Source: Raillietiella orientalis
Lineage: Eukaryota
Direction: 5' to 3'
Assembly (NCBI GenBank): GCA_036172245.1
Contig: JAYWIR010000017.1
Coordinates: 3,782,001 to 3,846,000 of the forward strand
Length of the DNA stretch: 64,000 nt
Shown: positions 1-12,600 of the stretch, in pieces
How the letters are laid out: the number at the start of each line of letters is the position of its first letter
How positions within the stretch are numbered: position 1 is the first letter of the stretch
Program-made: the position numbers and the translations under genes
The notes under the pieces: generated by a model
Databases searched by the model: none
Seen by the model: only the letters and a program-made list of their open reading frames with translations
Told to the model about the DNA's origin: nothing

Positions 1-1149
1 ACCGAAGCGCAAAGGCAGGATTCGCTGTATTTTACTGTCGAGGGTCACCTGCACATGAAAGCGACGGGGTGACCGGAGCTGCGGCACTGCAGTATGCCAA
101 ACAGAGCTGTGAAAACAAACAGAGCCGCACGTGCGCATGCGTCTCTCTTCCTGGTCTGCCGTACCCGTTCTCGGTAGGGCATGACTGCTCTTTCGTCATG
201 CCTCTCTGACTCCCTGCAGCTCTGTGCACACAGCATGCAGCCGCAGAGTGATGCTTCTTCGCTCAAACCAGAGGGTGAGATGGCCAGTCAGCGCCACTGT
301 TACCTTGTCTTGGAGGCATTTTCATCTTCCTGCTCTCGTCTCTTGGGTGTTCCTCGTCTCATGGGAAAGAGTCAGCAAGCCTTCGAAGAACGTGTCCTCT
401 GCATTTATCTGTTCTTGACCGATATGCTTGAGATATCATCTGACCCATCTCAAGCCGCTCGGAATTTCTCCACCTTCACGCAACGAGGTTTCACTGGTTC
501 TTCTGATTCATCGTTTTCTTGATATTCTCGTTTCCTAGAAACTCCTCAATGATACATGCGCAATGAATCAGCTTTTCCTGAGATCCCTTCCACTTCCGCG
601 ACGATCGGGATCTACGCTGTTCTACGCTGATCTCAGTCACTCTTTTTCGAGGTTCCCATCTTGGGTTCATTCCAAAAACTGTGACTGTAAAACGAGTGAG
701 AGCAGAGGAACCTCAATTTCAACATCACAAGGTGTTGTCTTGTCTTTACATTTTGTTCGACTACACACCCATCGTTCCACCTTCGTTTGAAACGACGGAA
801 GCTGTTCTCTCTTTCCTCTGGTTATCATCGCGTTCAACATATCTGAAGAACTCTTCACTCCGTGAGTTATGGTTCACGCGCATTTTAACCGTTTATTAGG
901 CAGTTCTCAGCCGGAAGATGCACAGTTTCTTCCACCCTCTGGAACTTTGAACATATCTTTTCATTTCAGGTGACTGCGTTTTTGGATCATTTCGAAAAGT
1001 GCTTCCACAAGGAGGCTCCGCAGGTGTCTCGATTTCCCCAGCCACTCACAATGGCTTGGCCATCATGAGAATCTCTGTAGACGATTCTTCTCAAAGAACG
1101 AACACTTTCCCAAGCCATTTAAGGTTCCAGGGAAAGAGGAGGATTTATC

Positions 1150-1435
1150 GACTTTAAAGCAGTTTATCAGCACCCTATGCTATCAATTTGACAACAAGTC
1201 TTGACAGAAACCAGCTCTCCTCGAACTCCATGATCGATTTAGCTGACTATCTGATAATACGATTCTGTGTAATTTCTGAATTCCGAAGGAAGGCTTGTCA
1301 GGAATATTCTGCTATTAGGATCAACAGCATTTAGATGCATAAGAATAAGACCCTTCCACTTCTTGAACGTAGACGTGTTCAGGATGATGTTTGTTTTCGC
1401 AAATGCACACACGGAAAACGGCAAGCTGGTGAGGT
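1150..1435 (-). mobile_element. Decayed non-LTR retrotransposon (CR1/L2-like) reverse transcriptase fragment
   Basis: Minus-strand translation with frameshifts and stops gives HQ..FR...CE(T)NIIL...LILMHLNAVD...HGVRGE...DLLSN**HRVLIN. This follows the order of the LINE RT motifs QxGFR..SCETxL..LDxSxAFD..GxRG..FLSNRxQRVxIN. Recognised by eye only. Confidence 0.4.
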
Positions 1436-4045
1436 CACACTTTAAATCAGTCCCTAAGCATACCGTCCCTTTGACTCCTGGCTCAAACGCATGGTAAAAC
1501 CTCTAGCAATCTCAGTCTGTCAGCTACCGGACCACCGAAAACATTCAGGAGAAAAGCTGCTGGGAAATAACGGAAGAAAATTCTGCCCCTATAGACTTCT
1601 ATGGGTGATCTTCTCAGCTTCCACGCAGGCTAGACTAACTTGTCATAAGGTGAGGTCAATGCAAGACTGTTTATTTCTCTACACGGGTATTGTGACACAG
1701 TAGGTGTTACGTATGCGTATATGAGTGCAGTATGTAAATGTGTGCTCAACTCGTGCATATCAGCATCAGCATTCTCAACATCTCAACAATCATCTAATCA
1801 GAAAATTTTCCAGATGCTATTTCTTTTAAAGTATCGATGAGTTTACTGTACCACGTTCCCGAGGGATGCATCCCAGAATTCCTATCAAGCAGTTAGCATC
1901 AGACAAGCCCTTCTTTCACCTTTATGCCATCCAAACGAGGCCTTTGACTTTGTCTTCGGCAGTGTTCCATTTTTCGATCTCCCCCAATCACTTCTGAAAT
2001 ATTCTGGATTGCACGGGAAAGTTAGTTTATGAGCATTTCATCCTGTTTCGTCAACTGAAGCTGCTCAACTCAAGCTTTTTGTGTTTCGAGCGGATGCAGG
2101 CTTCACGAAGCTCAAACTGCGCCTGCTGATCATCATGATAAAAGTAAACACACTCACAACTATCGTTTTGAGATCTTTTGAGCTCATCACGTTGGATTCA
2201 TTTAATGTTTAGTTTTGGCCTCTATTTCTTTAGAAGACTGATTTTCGTGCTCAACTACGAAGGCCCAGCTTTTTGCGTCGTGCTAACAAGTCTTAAACTT
2301 GAAGCCCTTAGACGATCTTTTTTTTCCCCTTTTTTCTACGATTACTGCACGCAACTTGTTAGTGTTATTTTCTCTGTCATACGACACTTCTGAGACAGAA
2401 ATCTGCAAAATCCGAATAACCATCTAAATCATCATCACTGTTAAATTTAAACATGATGAGGAATGAGTACTTCACTGTCGCCAAGAGTTTTCTATTGTAT
2501 TTTCAATCCTTGGAGAGGTCCATTTAACCACACTCTAAAGGCGTTCTCGTTGGAGTGAGAGCACTTGAATCTCTAAATAATCACCCGTTGGCGATTTTGT
2601 ACACTGGCACTTTATTGTGACCCTAGTGAGATTTTAAAGGAAACCTTCCCTTTCCTCTATTTAGATAGCAGATCTAGTCAAAACCCTGAGGATACTCGGT
2701 ATGGCTCCCAAATACAGCTGCGATCACGGCAGAAATCTCGAGGTGCAATCCAATGAATGCCTGCGGCAAAGAAAGATGCTGTGCATAGCTGTCTGTTTTG
2801 ATCGGGGGCAGCCGATGCTCGAAAACTTCCCACCTGCTACCTCGGTGAGCAGGAAATGCACCGCTTGGTTTTGTTTCCAGAGATGAAATCTCTAACCGTC
2901 ATCAGCGCATCCTACTATAATCCGGTCGCTCCAGCTGGAGGGAAAACACAAACGGGTGGGATTTTTCGTTCGGGTGGATAGGGAGAGAAGGCGTCTCGCC
3001 ACCGATCTTGAGCTACCACCCAATATCCCTCCGTTTCAAGCTGCTCTCAATCTCTCAAGCACACCTTGACTATTTTGCCGAGTTACTGCAACGTCACGCT
3101 GATTGGGACTGCGCTCCCTTTCTCGCAGGGAACGAATTGTGGCTCTGGTGGAAGATTCTTCCACTCGTCATATCCGCTTCTGATCTCTTCCTCGTTTGAC
3201 TTCTTCTCTTTCACTGTTTCTTTTTTGTTGTTGTTGTTGCTGTCTCGTTGCTTTGTATAAGTTTACTTTTGCTTCCCGGCTCTCGAGCATCTGAGTACCT
3301 GGGCAATGGGAAGTTGAGCTGATAACTTGACCTGACAACAACTAATATTCTTGGAACCTTTCCCATGAAAAAAAAAGGTGATTTCGTGCAAAATCGCTGC
3401 TCAGTCGTCAAAGATCGCCGAGTGTGCTCTTCACGGCTTCATGTTCGTTTCTACAGTGAACCAGTTTCCGACAGAGAGCCAGCAAAAGGCAAAAGAAAAA
3501 AAAAAAAAACACGTTGAGTGAAAATTCGAATTCGAACTTTGATTTCGAAAAGCAGCCCTCTTGACGAAGAATTCGGAAGTTCTTGGACGAAAATCCGTTC
3601 TATCGGATCCAAAGACCACATTCCAAGGTCGGCACCGTATTGAAAGTGAATAACCGCTACAGCAGACAGGGCTTCGGGGGAGGGAATGGTGTACAAAGTG
3701 GAATAGCAGCAGGCAGGCTGCGGACTTCGTCCGCTATCACTTTTCCTCTGACCCAGATAAAGTTTTTGTTTTTTAGGCCTAACATCTTCGAACCTTTCAG
3801 CCTCCGAAATTTCGGTCTTCGAAGCCTCAAAAACGTTCCGAAAAACACACGCGAGTGTCGATTTTCAGAGCGGAAGAGAGTTCCTTGAAGGAACCTTGCG
3901 TAAGAATTCCCTCCTACGGTGAAGATCCGCACCCCATTGAACTCTTCTCCCACGATGATGCTTTGTACTGAGAAAGTACATTGACCTGCTCAGCTTTTCG
4001 CGTACGAATGCAGAACTTCATTGACTCATGCAGTTCCTGGCAAGA

Positions 4046-4890
4046 TGAGGAAGGGCCTCCAGCAACCTGCAGCCTCTCCCGTCCGATCCTCTGGGATCCT
4101 CTGGGTCACAATCGCGTGGGTCACCGCCAGGTATCCTCCAGGCGTGCCGCTCCACGAGATGACTCTGGACGAGGTAGTCATTACATACCGTGATGAAGAT
4201 AAATGGGATGAAGTTCAAGCTCTTCTTGATAGAACTGCTAACAGAAGTAAAGTTGACATTGAACCTAAGAATAAATGCTCAAAAATCTGGACTCTTTTAA
4301 ATTATTTTGTTTACAACGGTGGTGTAGATTTAGGTAAGGACATATTTAAACTAATTTTAGAGAAGAGTGGTGACATTAATGCTTTAGAGAGTTGTAATGG
4401 CTGGGCAGCCCTGCATTATGCTGTTCATTATGGTAAGTTGAGGATCTTGTTACCCGGGGTGCTAGCTTAGAAGCCAAAGACAGCAATAATAGCACTCTTT
4501 TACATCATGCTTCTTATAATAATCATTTGAAAGTAGCAGAATATCTTATCGAAAAGGGAGCTACTCTAAAGGCTAAAAACAAAGATGGTAAAACACCTTT
4601 AGATTTGGCTATTCAAAAGGGCTATACAAGTATAGTACGGATGATAGAACAAGTATAATCAGATTTGAATAAAGAATTATTGGCTGCAGTAAAAGGTGAT
4701 AATCTTAATAAATCTCCGAAAAGCTCGACAGAACGTCGGGATTGCGGGAATCCTTTCTCTCCCCCAGCCGTTAGCATGCAGCAGTCCTCGTTAGCTTGAT
4801 AAGCACCGGCTGGACGTCCCTCCCCCTCCGTAATGAGTCCACCGGAGAGCCACTGCCTCATCAGGAGGTTGGGAAGAAGGGAACAATACT
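4046..4890 (+). repeat. Interspersed repeat, copy 1 (interrupted by the ankyrin insert at 4190-4711)
   Basis: Segments 4046-4189 and 4712-4890 align colinearly with the reverse complement of 8245-8565, e.g. gactctggacgaggtag / gaaaagctcgacag.acgtcgggattg / ccactgcctc.tcagga. Confidence 0.85.
4190..4711 (+). pseudogene. Ankyrin-repeat gene fragment of endosymbiont (Wolbachia-like) type, pseudogenised
   Basis: Abruptly AT-rich block without introns. It encodes ...DINALESCNGWAALHYAVHYGKL / (frame change near 4440) DLVTRGASLEAKDSNNSTLLHHASYNNHLKVAEYLIEKGATLKAKNKDGKTPLDLAIQKGYTSIVRMIEQV*SDLNKELLAAVKGDNLNK. Ankyrin consensus is clear (GxTPLxLA, LIEKGA). Internal stop TAA at 4656-4658. The Wolbachia attribution comes from recalled sequence style, not a search. 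Confidence 0.85.
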
Positions 4891-7409
4891 CAGCACTTCG
4901 ATAGAAGAATTTCTTTCTTTTACTAGCTCTGCAATCCCGAGTGGAACTACCATTTTTTGCACGTCTGCGCCTTTGCATTTAAGCGAAGGGCACCTGCCAC
5001 GGACTTTCCAGGAAAAAAGAAGAAAAAGAAAAAATGCTTTCCTTTCTCTTTAGTCCACTTTTTTTTTTCTTTCAGAATTGCCATTTTTTCGGTGAGTGAT
5101 TTCTAGATGAATAGCATTTCCGCTTGCGGATGTCAGCTACTTTAACCCAGCTCTTAGACCACACAGAGTCACGTTTTTTTGAAAATCCATCTCTTCGGCT
5201 CCGACCCGACAATTTGCTGAACGACTGCTTCTCCTCCAGTCCGTCAGCTGGCGCATTAGACCATTTCTTATGAATCCATCCACTTATGTATTGGTGGATG
5301 GATCGCACCAAGCACTCTTTTTTTTTTTTCGCTCTGATGGAATGAACATGAATGAGTAGTTTTAGAAAATCTTCGTGGAAAATGAAAGCCAGGAGCGGGT
5401 CCTTTCAATCGGAGGCAAACAGATCCCCCTTCGCTCAGTAAGAGGTGGCTTTGGGATTCCAATGAGGCTCATCAGGTGAGGAAATCTCAGGTATGTGCTT
5501 CCAGCGTTCCATTCACTCCGCCTGGCGATGACATCCCGTTCTTTAGCCCATCTCTGAGAGTTGGACTTGATTCTCTTTTGAAGAGAAGGAATACCGTTAT
5601 TGCGCAAAGCGATCTGGTAAAAATTTCTTGCACATCTTTTTTCCAGCATCCGCACGCGCTTAATTTATGCATCCTTCAGTTTCTCTTATTCGCCTGCTTG
5701 GCAAAGCAGGCGAATAAGAGAAAGTTCCCACATTTCGGGAAGCAAAATGAATTCGATTTGGATCGTACAGGGAACAGTCGAGCCAAATACGGAAGCGCTG
5801 GGGTTTTTCGAATAATGTAGTTCCGGCTTTAATGACCTCTTGCATTTCCCACTGACCGAGTGCTTTTGAACACTTGAAGAAGATTGTGGATGCTCGTGAT
5901 GAATCATTATTGGAAGCGGCAGTCGCAACTCATCAAAGGAAGCAGCGCAAGAAAACAAGAGTCTATGAGCCACAGCTCACAGAGATTTCTACGGAAAACT
6001 CTAGAAAACTGCGAAAATTAGTGAAAACACAACGATGGACCACATTCTGACGAGTTTTACCTCCCGGAGCTCATTCATCTGAGTACTTGGACAATGGGAA
6101 GCTGAACTGATAACTATTCTTCCAGAGCCATCGTATCGTATCCTGGTGAGTTTTGCGTAGCACGGGTAACATCCTGGGATTTGGGGAGCATTTTATATGT
6201 TTGGAAAACTCGTGAGAGTTCCCAAGATCTGGAATTGTGGTTACGAAACAAGGTCGAAGAGTTGTCCTCCACGAATTCCAATACATTCAGCCCGTGGGAG
6301 TACTTTTTTCCGAATTGGTTTTGATAAGGTGAGTTCGAAGTGGCAAATGGTCAGCAGCTTTTCGTAAAACGACCACAGCTGAGGTTTCCATAGCAATTTC
6401 GGTTGAAGAACGTCTTTCGTTTCCGAAGCAGAGACGTGCAAGAAAGGGAATCGGGCGTTAGAATGTCGCCCAGACAGAGGTCATAATTCGGTCCTGGTGC
6501 CTTGATGCACATCCTAAATCTTAGTGTGTCCTAATCACCGTCGCCACTGTCTCGTTAACCTAATCAAGGAACTGACGCAAGCAGGAGGCTGGGAGACCTC
6601 CAATCCGGGAAGACGATTTCAGTCCCCACTCGGCCCTGATGCTCCAGAAAAGAAAGTCGAACCGCCGTATTTCATGCTTCTTGCCCACGTGAGGAGGACT
6701 TGATGACGATTCTGGAATGGTCACGCTCCTTCTCGCTGCTAGAGGGCGTACCAGCTTCGGTGAGAGCGCTGATGGCGAGATTCCTAGGAGCCTGGGATCC
6801 AAAAGACGGCGCTGAGCTCAGGAAACTCGAAATCCCTCGCACAGTGGCAGAAAAAAACAAAGAGGAGGATGTCACGCACTACCATGCAAAACATCCGGGA
6901 CATGCACTGGGGACACATCTTGGGTCACCGATCAGGATTCACAACTGTCAGTGGGCCTCCACTAGCATGAGAACATAGTGGGAAATTCAAAGTTACAAAT
7001 CACAAGTAGGATGCAGACCCTATTTAAGATTAAAAGTTGCCTATTTTTGGTGGATGGAATCGTAGTGGTCGAAAAACAGGAAAAGTCCCTCAACCTGAAG
7101 GTATTTCTCACGTGGTCGGGTTGGTAGAGTGGACAATTTCTTTTCATTTTCAAGATAAGTATGTTTGCTAAACTAATTGATTTTTTTTTTTGGGGGGGGG
7201 GGGGGGGGGAGAGTTCTGAATTTTTAATAATTGAAATGAAGAACATAATGACAACTGAGTTTTTCTTGTTTTCTAGCATTTAATTTATTGTGCATACTCA
7301 ATCCCTTTCGATATTTAATTCCATTAAAAGTAATCAATATAAATATATTATGCAACATACTTAATTAGTTTGCTTTCCAGAGCCACGTGGCATGCGAACT
7401 GCTGTCTTT

Positions 7410-7839
7410 TCAGCCCTCCAGAGGTACTCTTAGTCCATACCCACTCACTGAATCACAATCGCGATCTGATATGTGAGATCTCTCTCCATCATTTCTCAAG
7501 AAAAGGGTCAGGAGTGGGAACGGGAAAATGCCATTCCTACCTGTTACCTGGCAACCTGAGGTAGACGTAACTTCGCACTCTGCATCCGTGCTCATCGAAA
7601 CGCTCAGACTCTTCGAGTGAATCAGCGCCATTCTGACCGACTTCCTCCATGGAACCACCGCTGCAAGCGCAGGGTACCACAGGATTCCAGCCATAGGCGA
7701 AACCCAATGCGGCTTCCGGGAAGGATGCTGCGGAATTTCGGTTCGCCGTCGCGTTGGCGAAGCTCCTCAGCCCTACGAGACTCCCGAGTTCAGACAAGTG
7801 CGGAATCGAAATCTTTGTTGAGCCTTCTGGGTCCATCAG
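7410..7839 (-). CDS. Possible last two coding exons of an unidentified gene (approx. 7839-7548 and 7465-7410)
   Basis: A GT..AG intron at 7547-7466 joins ...VRSYVYLRLP-G to AT-RDCDSVSGYGLRVPLEG* in frame. An AATAAA follows on the minus strand near 7284-7289. No recognisable domain. Confidence 0.25.
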
Positions 7840-7908
7840 TCTGGGCCGATTTTGACAACGGGAGAGGAAGTGGACCACACCTCTAGCTGTCCCTCAGAGT
7901 TTTGATCG

Positions 7909-8145
7909 GAGGCCATGTGGTTACGGTCTCCGCGCGTGGCACCATCAAGCGTCGCGGGTCCGAATATTCGGCAGGAATCGACGCCGAAAGATGGGGTACG
8001 TCGTGAATTCGAGTCTCCTCCACAAGATGACACTGGTTGACCCCCATTCATTCGGATGCAACACTGGTAGTGGTTAAAAGCGGATGTCCTCGATGAGTGA
8101 CCGGGACTGGGAGTCGACCTCCGGCTCCTTCCCGGAAAGAGAGTT
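7909..8145 (+). mobile_element. tRNA-derived SINE, 5' part (family copy A)
   Basis: Aligns with 62976-63210 (gaggccatgtggttacggtctccgcgc...caagcgtcgc.ggt...caagatgac.ctggttg...attcattcgg.tgc...gggagtcga). Confidence 0.75.
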
Positions 8146-8244
8146 CTGATCCATTCATCACTCCTATGCAGACCAAGTTTGATGGGGGAAGGGATGGGCG
8201 ACATAAACAAGCGATTTGGAGGGGGCTTAACAGCACCCCCGCGG

Positions 8245-8565
8245 ACGAACTGTCCCCTCTTGTCTCATTTTCCTGACGAGGCAGTGGTTCTCAGGTGAAT
8301 TCATTGCGGGAGGTCCGGCAGCCGCATGCGTCCCGGAAACTTGTTTATCAACAAGGGCTGCATTGTAACGTCCAGGGGAGAGAAAAAACTCCCACAATCC
8401 CGACGTACTGTCGAGCTTTTCAGGGATGGTACATAGTGGCTACCTCGTCCAGAGTCACCTCATGGCGCAGCATGGCCGGAGGATATCTGGAGGTGACCCA
8501 TCCGATGGGGACCCAGAGGATCGAAAGGGAGCACTGTTTGCTGCTGGAGGTCATTTCCTTCCTCA
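8245..8565 (-). repeat. Interspersed repeat, copy 2 (uninterrupted, empty site)
   Basis: The reverse complement reads gaggtagccactatgtacc|atccctgaaaagctcgacagtacgtcggg, which is continuous across the point (8428/8427) where copy 1 carries 522 extra bp. Confidence 0.85.
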
Positions 8566-9249
8566 GGTGGTTGGCTCGCCTCTGCAGGATCTTCAGCACC
8601 TTCGGCCGGGTTTTACGCACTCACAGATCCTCACACGAAGATGTGCATCGGGGTGGACACTCTGAAGCGGAAGCTCTCCTTTATTTTCCTGGCATTTTAC
8701 GAAGATGATTGGGTATTTTTCGAAGGAGCAAGTGGTTATGATGAGTGAGACCAGCCGACCTTCGCTTTGGAGTGCGGGATCTGGTCGGAGACCGGATGTA
8801 CCGACTGGATGAGAACTCATTGGATTATTGAGTTGAATTGTATTCGGCATCAGCATCATTTCTTTCCTAATGTGCTCTGCCTGTCACCCAGGGATCCTCA
8901 GTTCTTTTAATACTTCGACGTTTGTCGGATTCCATTGTCCTGAGGTTCTGATGACGATCGTTCTCACCGACGCAGGGCCTTTTGGAGGTGCTGTGCAGAG
9001 CCGTTCCTGATTACCTGGTCTCTTTCCTCTAACTCACCTCTTCTGGAGTCACCACTAGGGGTCACCAGCTGTGATGGTATTCTGGGGTATCAGAATTCCA
9101 TCACAGGCGAGGTGATGAAATGAATTTCGATCTAACGCAAAAGTGCAAGCCTCTAAGAATGCTCGTGACCATGGAAAATCATCTATTTGGAAAGAATCGG
9201 CAAGCTATCTATAGCAAGTAAGGGATGATTCCTTCTATGTTTTTCCTAA

Positions 9250-9690
9250 GAACAGAGTTTTGCCAAGAGAAAGCCATTTGCAAGTATTTGGATACACAGG
9301 AAAGCAAGCACTTTCGGGGTCATATCCCGAAGTTTGGGATATTGTATTAAGAATGTATCACCTTGACAATTTACTGATGTGGGTGAAACTGATTCAAGTT
9401 GGGGACCAGAGAGTGTTTTAATCATGACGGGATGCTTGTCCTTTCGGGTGCTCCATCTTGCTTCATTTAGATGTTACGGAAACACACACCTAACCCTTTC
9501 CTCGTAAGGATTCTTCAGTACAATTCCCAGACCAAGGTCGTTGTAATTGCATCTGAAGCAAGACTGTCTTCTTGAGTCATTTCCTCCCCGTTTGACCGTT
9601 AACTCAGTAGAAATGTCGGCGAAGTTTTGGTACGACCACGTGACCATCCAAACCATGGTACACGATCGGATTGTCTTGAGAGGAGATCAC
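9250..9690 (-). mobile_element. Decayed CR1-like LINE, C-terminal RT region
   Basis: Minus-strand pieces in the expected order: TWSYQN (cf. WSxxNxL), YNDLG (cf. KDLG), KTLSGPQLES (cf. YKxLVRPxLEY), PKLRDMT..LAFLCI (cf. PELRxxSYEERLxxL). Heavily degraded. Confidence 0.3.
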
Positions 9691-12600
9691 GAGAACAACA
9701 AGGCATCGGAGAAATTTTGGAATTTAATCACATTACTACAATACCTCAGGTAGAAAATGAGACGGAATGGAAGCAATGTCAAAGAAGGAGGCAGTGAAAA
9801 TCTCCCAGAGAATCTTCAAAGTACTCAAGTGGCCGGGCTCTGAAAAGGAATTATTGGCATTGCTGAGAATGTTAAAAAGTCAGGGAACTGAATGAAGTAG
9901 ATCAGTTGATTCGTCTCGCACCTGGTTTGAGGAATCGAAAAAAAAAAAAGGAAAAAAGGAAATGACTTTGAAAACGACCCGTCAGAGATACAAAAGCGGA
10001 AGGGGGGCATTAAAAATGGGTATCGATATGTGAGGAAGAAAGACTCAAGAGGAAATGTGCAAAGGGAAAGTAAACAAGGATCCAGATTCCTGCCCAAGGA
10101 AACGGATTCAAGGGAAACTTGACCCCTGAGTCAGTCAGGGCTTGGGACAAATGCGCCGCAAGATTCCTGGATGAAACAGGACTGAGAGGAGCCAGCAGCC
10201 CTTTTACAATTGTTTCATGCGTCGAACGTCACCTTTTCGATCACGTATCTCTTCTCGATTTACTCAGACATCTTGTCTTCTTCCAAGAAGCCAAGATCTT
10301 ATTTTTTCGATTACGTCTCTTTCTTAGCTATGCAGGATGTTTACAAAAATAGCCAAAAAACTGAATGGGCAATACAACTGGACCTTTTTGCTTTTGTTAT
10401 GAGTTGAAACATGAATTCCATTCAGACAAAACGGAATGTATTGAAAGAGTTTTTACATTAGCATTCTCTCTCTCTCTCTTTTTGTTTTTCAGTCCGTCAG
10501 AGTCATTTCAGTCTATCAATCGTGATTGTACGGGATATGCTTCATCGTATATCCGAGATCATCATGGAAGGTCGTCACTGATTTTCATGAAGACTGATTT
10601 CAGGATCGATTCTCACAGTGCCATTCGCGGTTTTCCCACAGAAAAAAGTAAAGAAAAGAAAAGCAGTGAGATCAAAGGATAGCATGGAGGAAGATGGATT
10701 GGCAGCCAAGCATCCCACCGCCACCCCTTATCTGTTGAGAACGCTATTAGACCAATATAAGAAAGCGTATTCTGCTGAAATGTCACATTTGGTGGCGTCT
10801 CTGAAATTTTTACTCAGAGAAATGTCCTCATGTTTGATGTCTGACACCGTTTTCATTACAACTCACAGGGGGTGTACTCATGTTTTTTCACGACACATGA
10901 CTGTTCAGAATTCTCCATGTCCGGGGGTAAGCCATGTAGAGGAATCCGTTATCTTGAATCGTGAGAGTGCGAGAGATGTGCGCATGTAGCTCAGAGAACA
11001 TTGAGAGATCTTCGAGGCGTTTTGCATGCTGCTAGCCAGTGGCAGTTGAGGTGAGACACAAAGAGTGGATGTCGCGGGGCTTCTCTGAGATATTTTCCAG
11101 GATCTTTCAAACTGTTAGATGCGCCATATCTTTCTGCCATGGAAGCTCTGTGATTGTCCGGTATGATAGGAACAGACCGAGTCACAGTTGTAGTCTCCGT
11201 CAAGTGTTGCGTTAGAGAAGACATGAGGAGGACCAAGAAGCTCCATCTATTAGCAGAACATCGAAGTTCGCTCGCTCCATTAAACACGAATGATCTCCTT
11301 GATTCAAGGAGGCACGCACGCTTCTTCCTCGTGAATTAAACACCGTGATGTTTCTTTCTGAGATCCCACTAAGAAGGGCGTTTTAGGAGATTCAAGCACA
11401 TAGTGGTTGGTGTAAAAAAAATTTCTCTCGTCATAGCTTATGAAACGATTTCGAGATAACTACCAGATAGCTAATACTAATCGGTATTTCCTCAGAGAAA
11501 CTTAATTCAAATTGGAACAGATTACAGAGAGAACTTACTTTATCATACTTGAGGATTTTGAAAATATCACCTAACGACGCTGGACAGAAGATCGGCTGTA
11601 TCCTTCAGTAAGATTTCAAGCACGCGAAAAGTCAGTTGAAGATCTAGAGCAGTGAATCTAAAGGTAACGCGCTCAATCCCAAACCTCCGAAATAGTTGGT
11701 CAATTAAGGGAAAGGAAGAAGGAAAATATTTCTATTCTCCCTTTCAAGCTTTCATTAAGATTATTACGTCATTAATCTCCAACTTCGTGTTCCCATTTCA
11801 GGTTGAATTCTCTGTATAGCTTCAATGTTCTACACAGACAAAATTCATCCTGCAGACAGGAATACGAAGAGAGACTAACTACTAAATGATGAAATTCTGG
11901 GATGAAACTTTACCGTCCGTCTCATTCCTGAAGTCTCAATGCCGAGTTGTGGCTTGAATACAATTACTGTAGACCAGCATAGCATTGTGATATCTTCAAG
12001 TGCTGCCCTTCTACGTGTTTACAGATTGAAAACTTGTGGTGGCTGCTGGGGCTGTATCCCATCTGCGAACGAGTCGATTTTTCTGCGACAAACAAGTTTG
12101 TTTTCTTCATCGCCTACAAAATTCTGCTACTGCCGACCCTTCGAGAGACCCCTACGAAATTCGAATCCCCTGCTTTCCTGTATCGACGTCGCAATATGCC
12201 CTCAGTATCTGAGAAAGATTCTCAAACTTGCGAGGTGCAGTTCCTACCCAGTTCCAACTCACCGTTGATCTTACCGCAATCCCGTCTTTCGCGCGTGAAG
12301 GTTTTCGGTTACAAGCGAGGGAAGAAAGGGCAAAATCTCGAATGAAGTGACTCCGATCGAAAACATCTTGGCAAAAGCAGAGTGATCTCCGAAATTTGTC
12401 GCATGATCCTTCAAGAGCTGCAACTTTCAAACTTTGAGCATCCTTCTAAGAACTCATAGCCGAACTTCTCAGAAGACGAATTGAGGGATGGATGAAGCTC
12501 ATAACAAAAGATTAAAGGAGAAAGGTGACCACACCCAGTAACGGAGCAAAAAAAAAATCAGGACTCCATCTAAACACCACCTCGAAATTAAGGAGCATGT

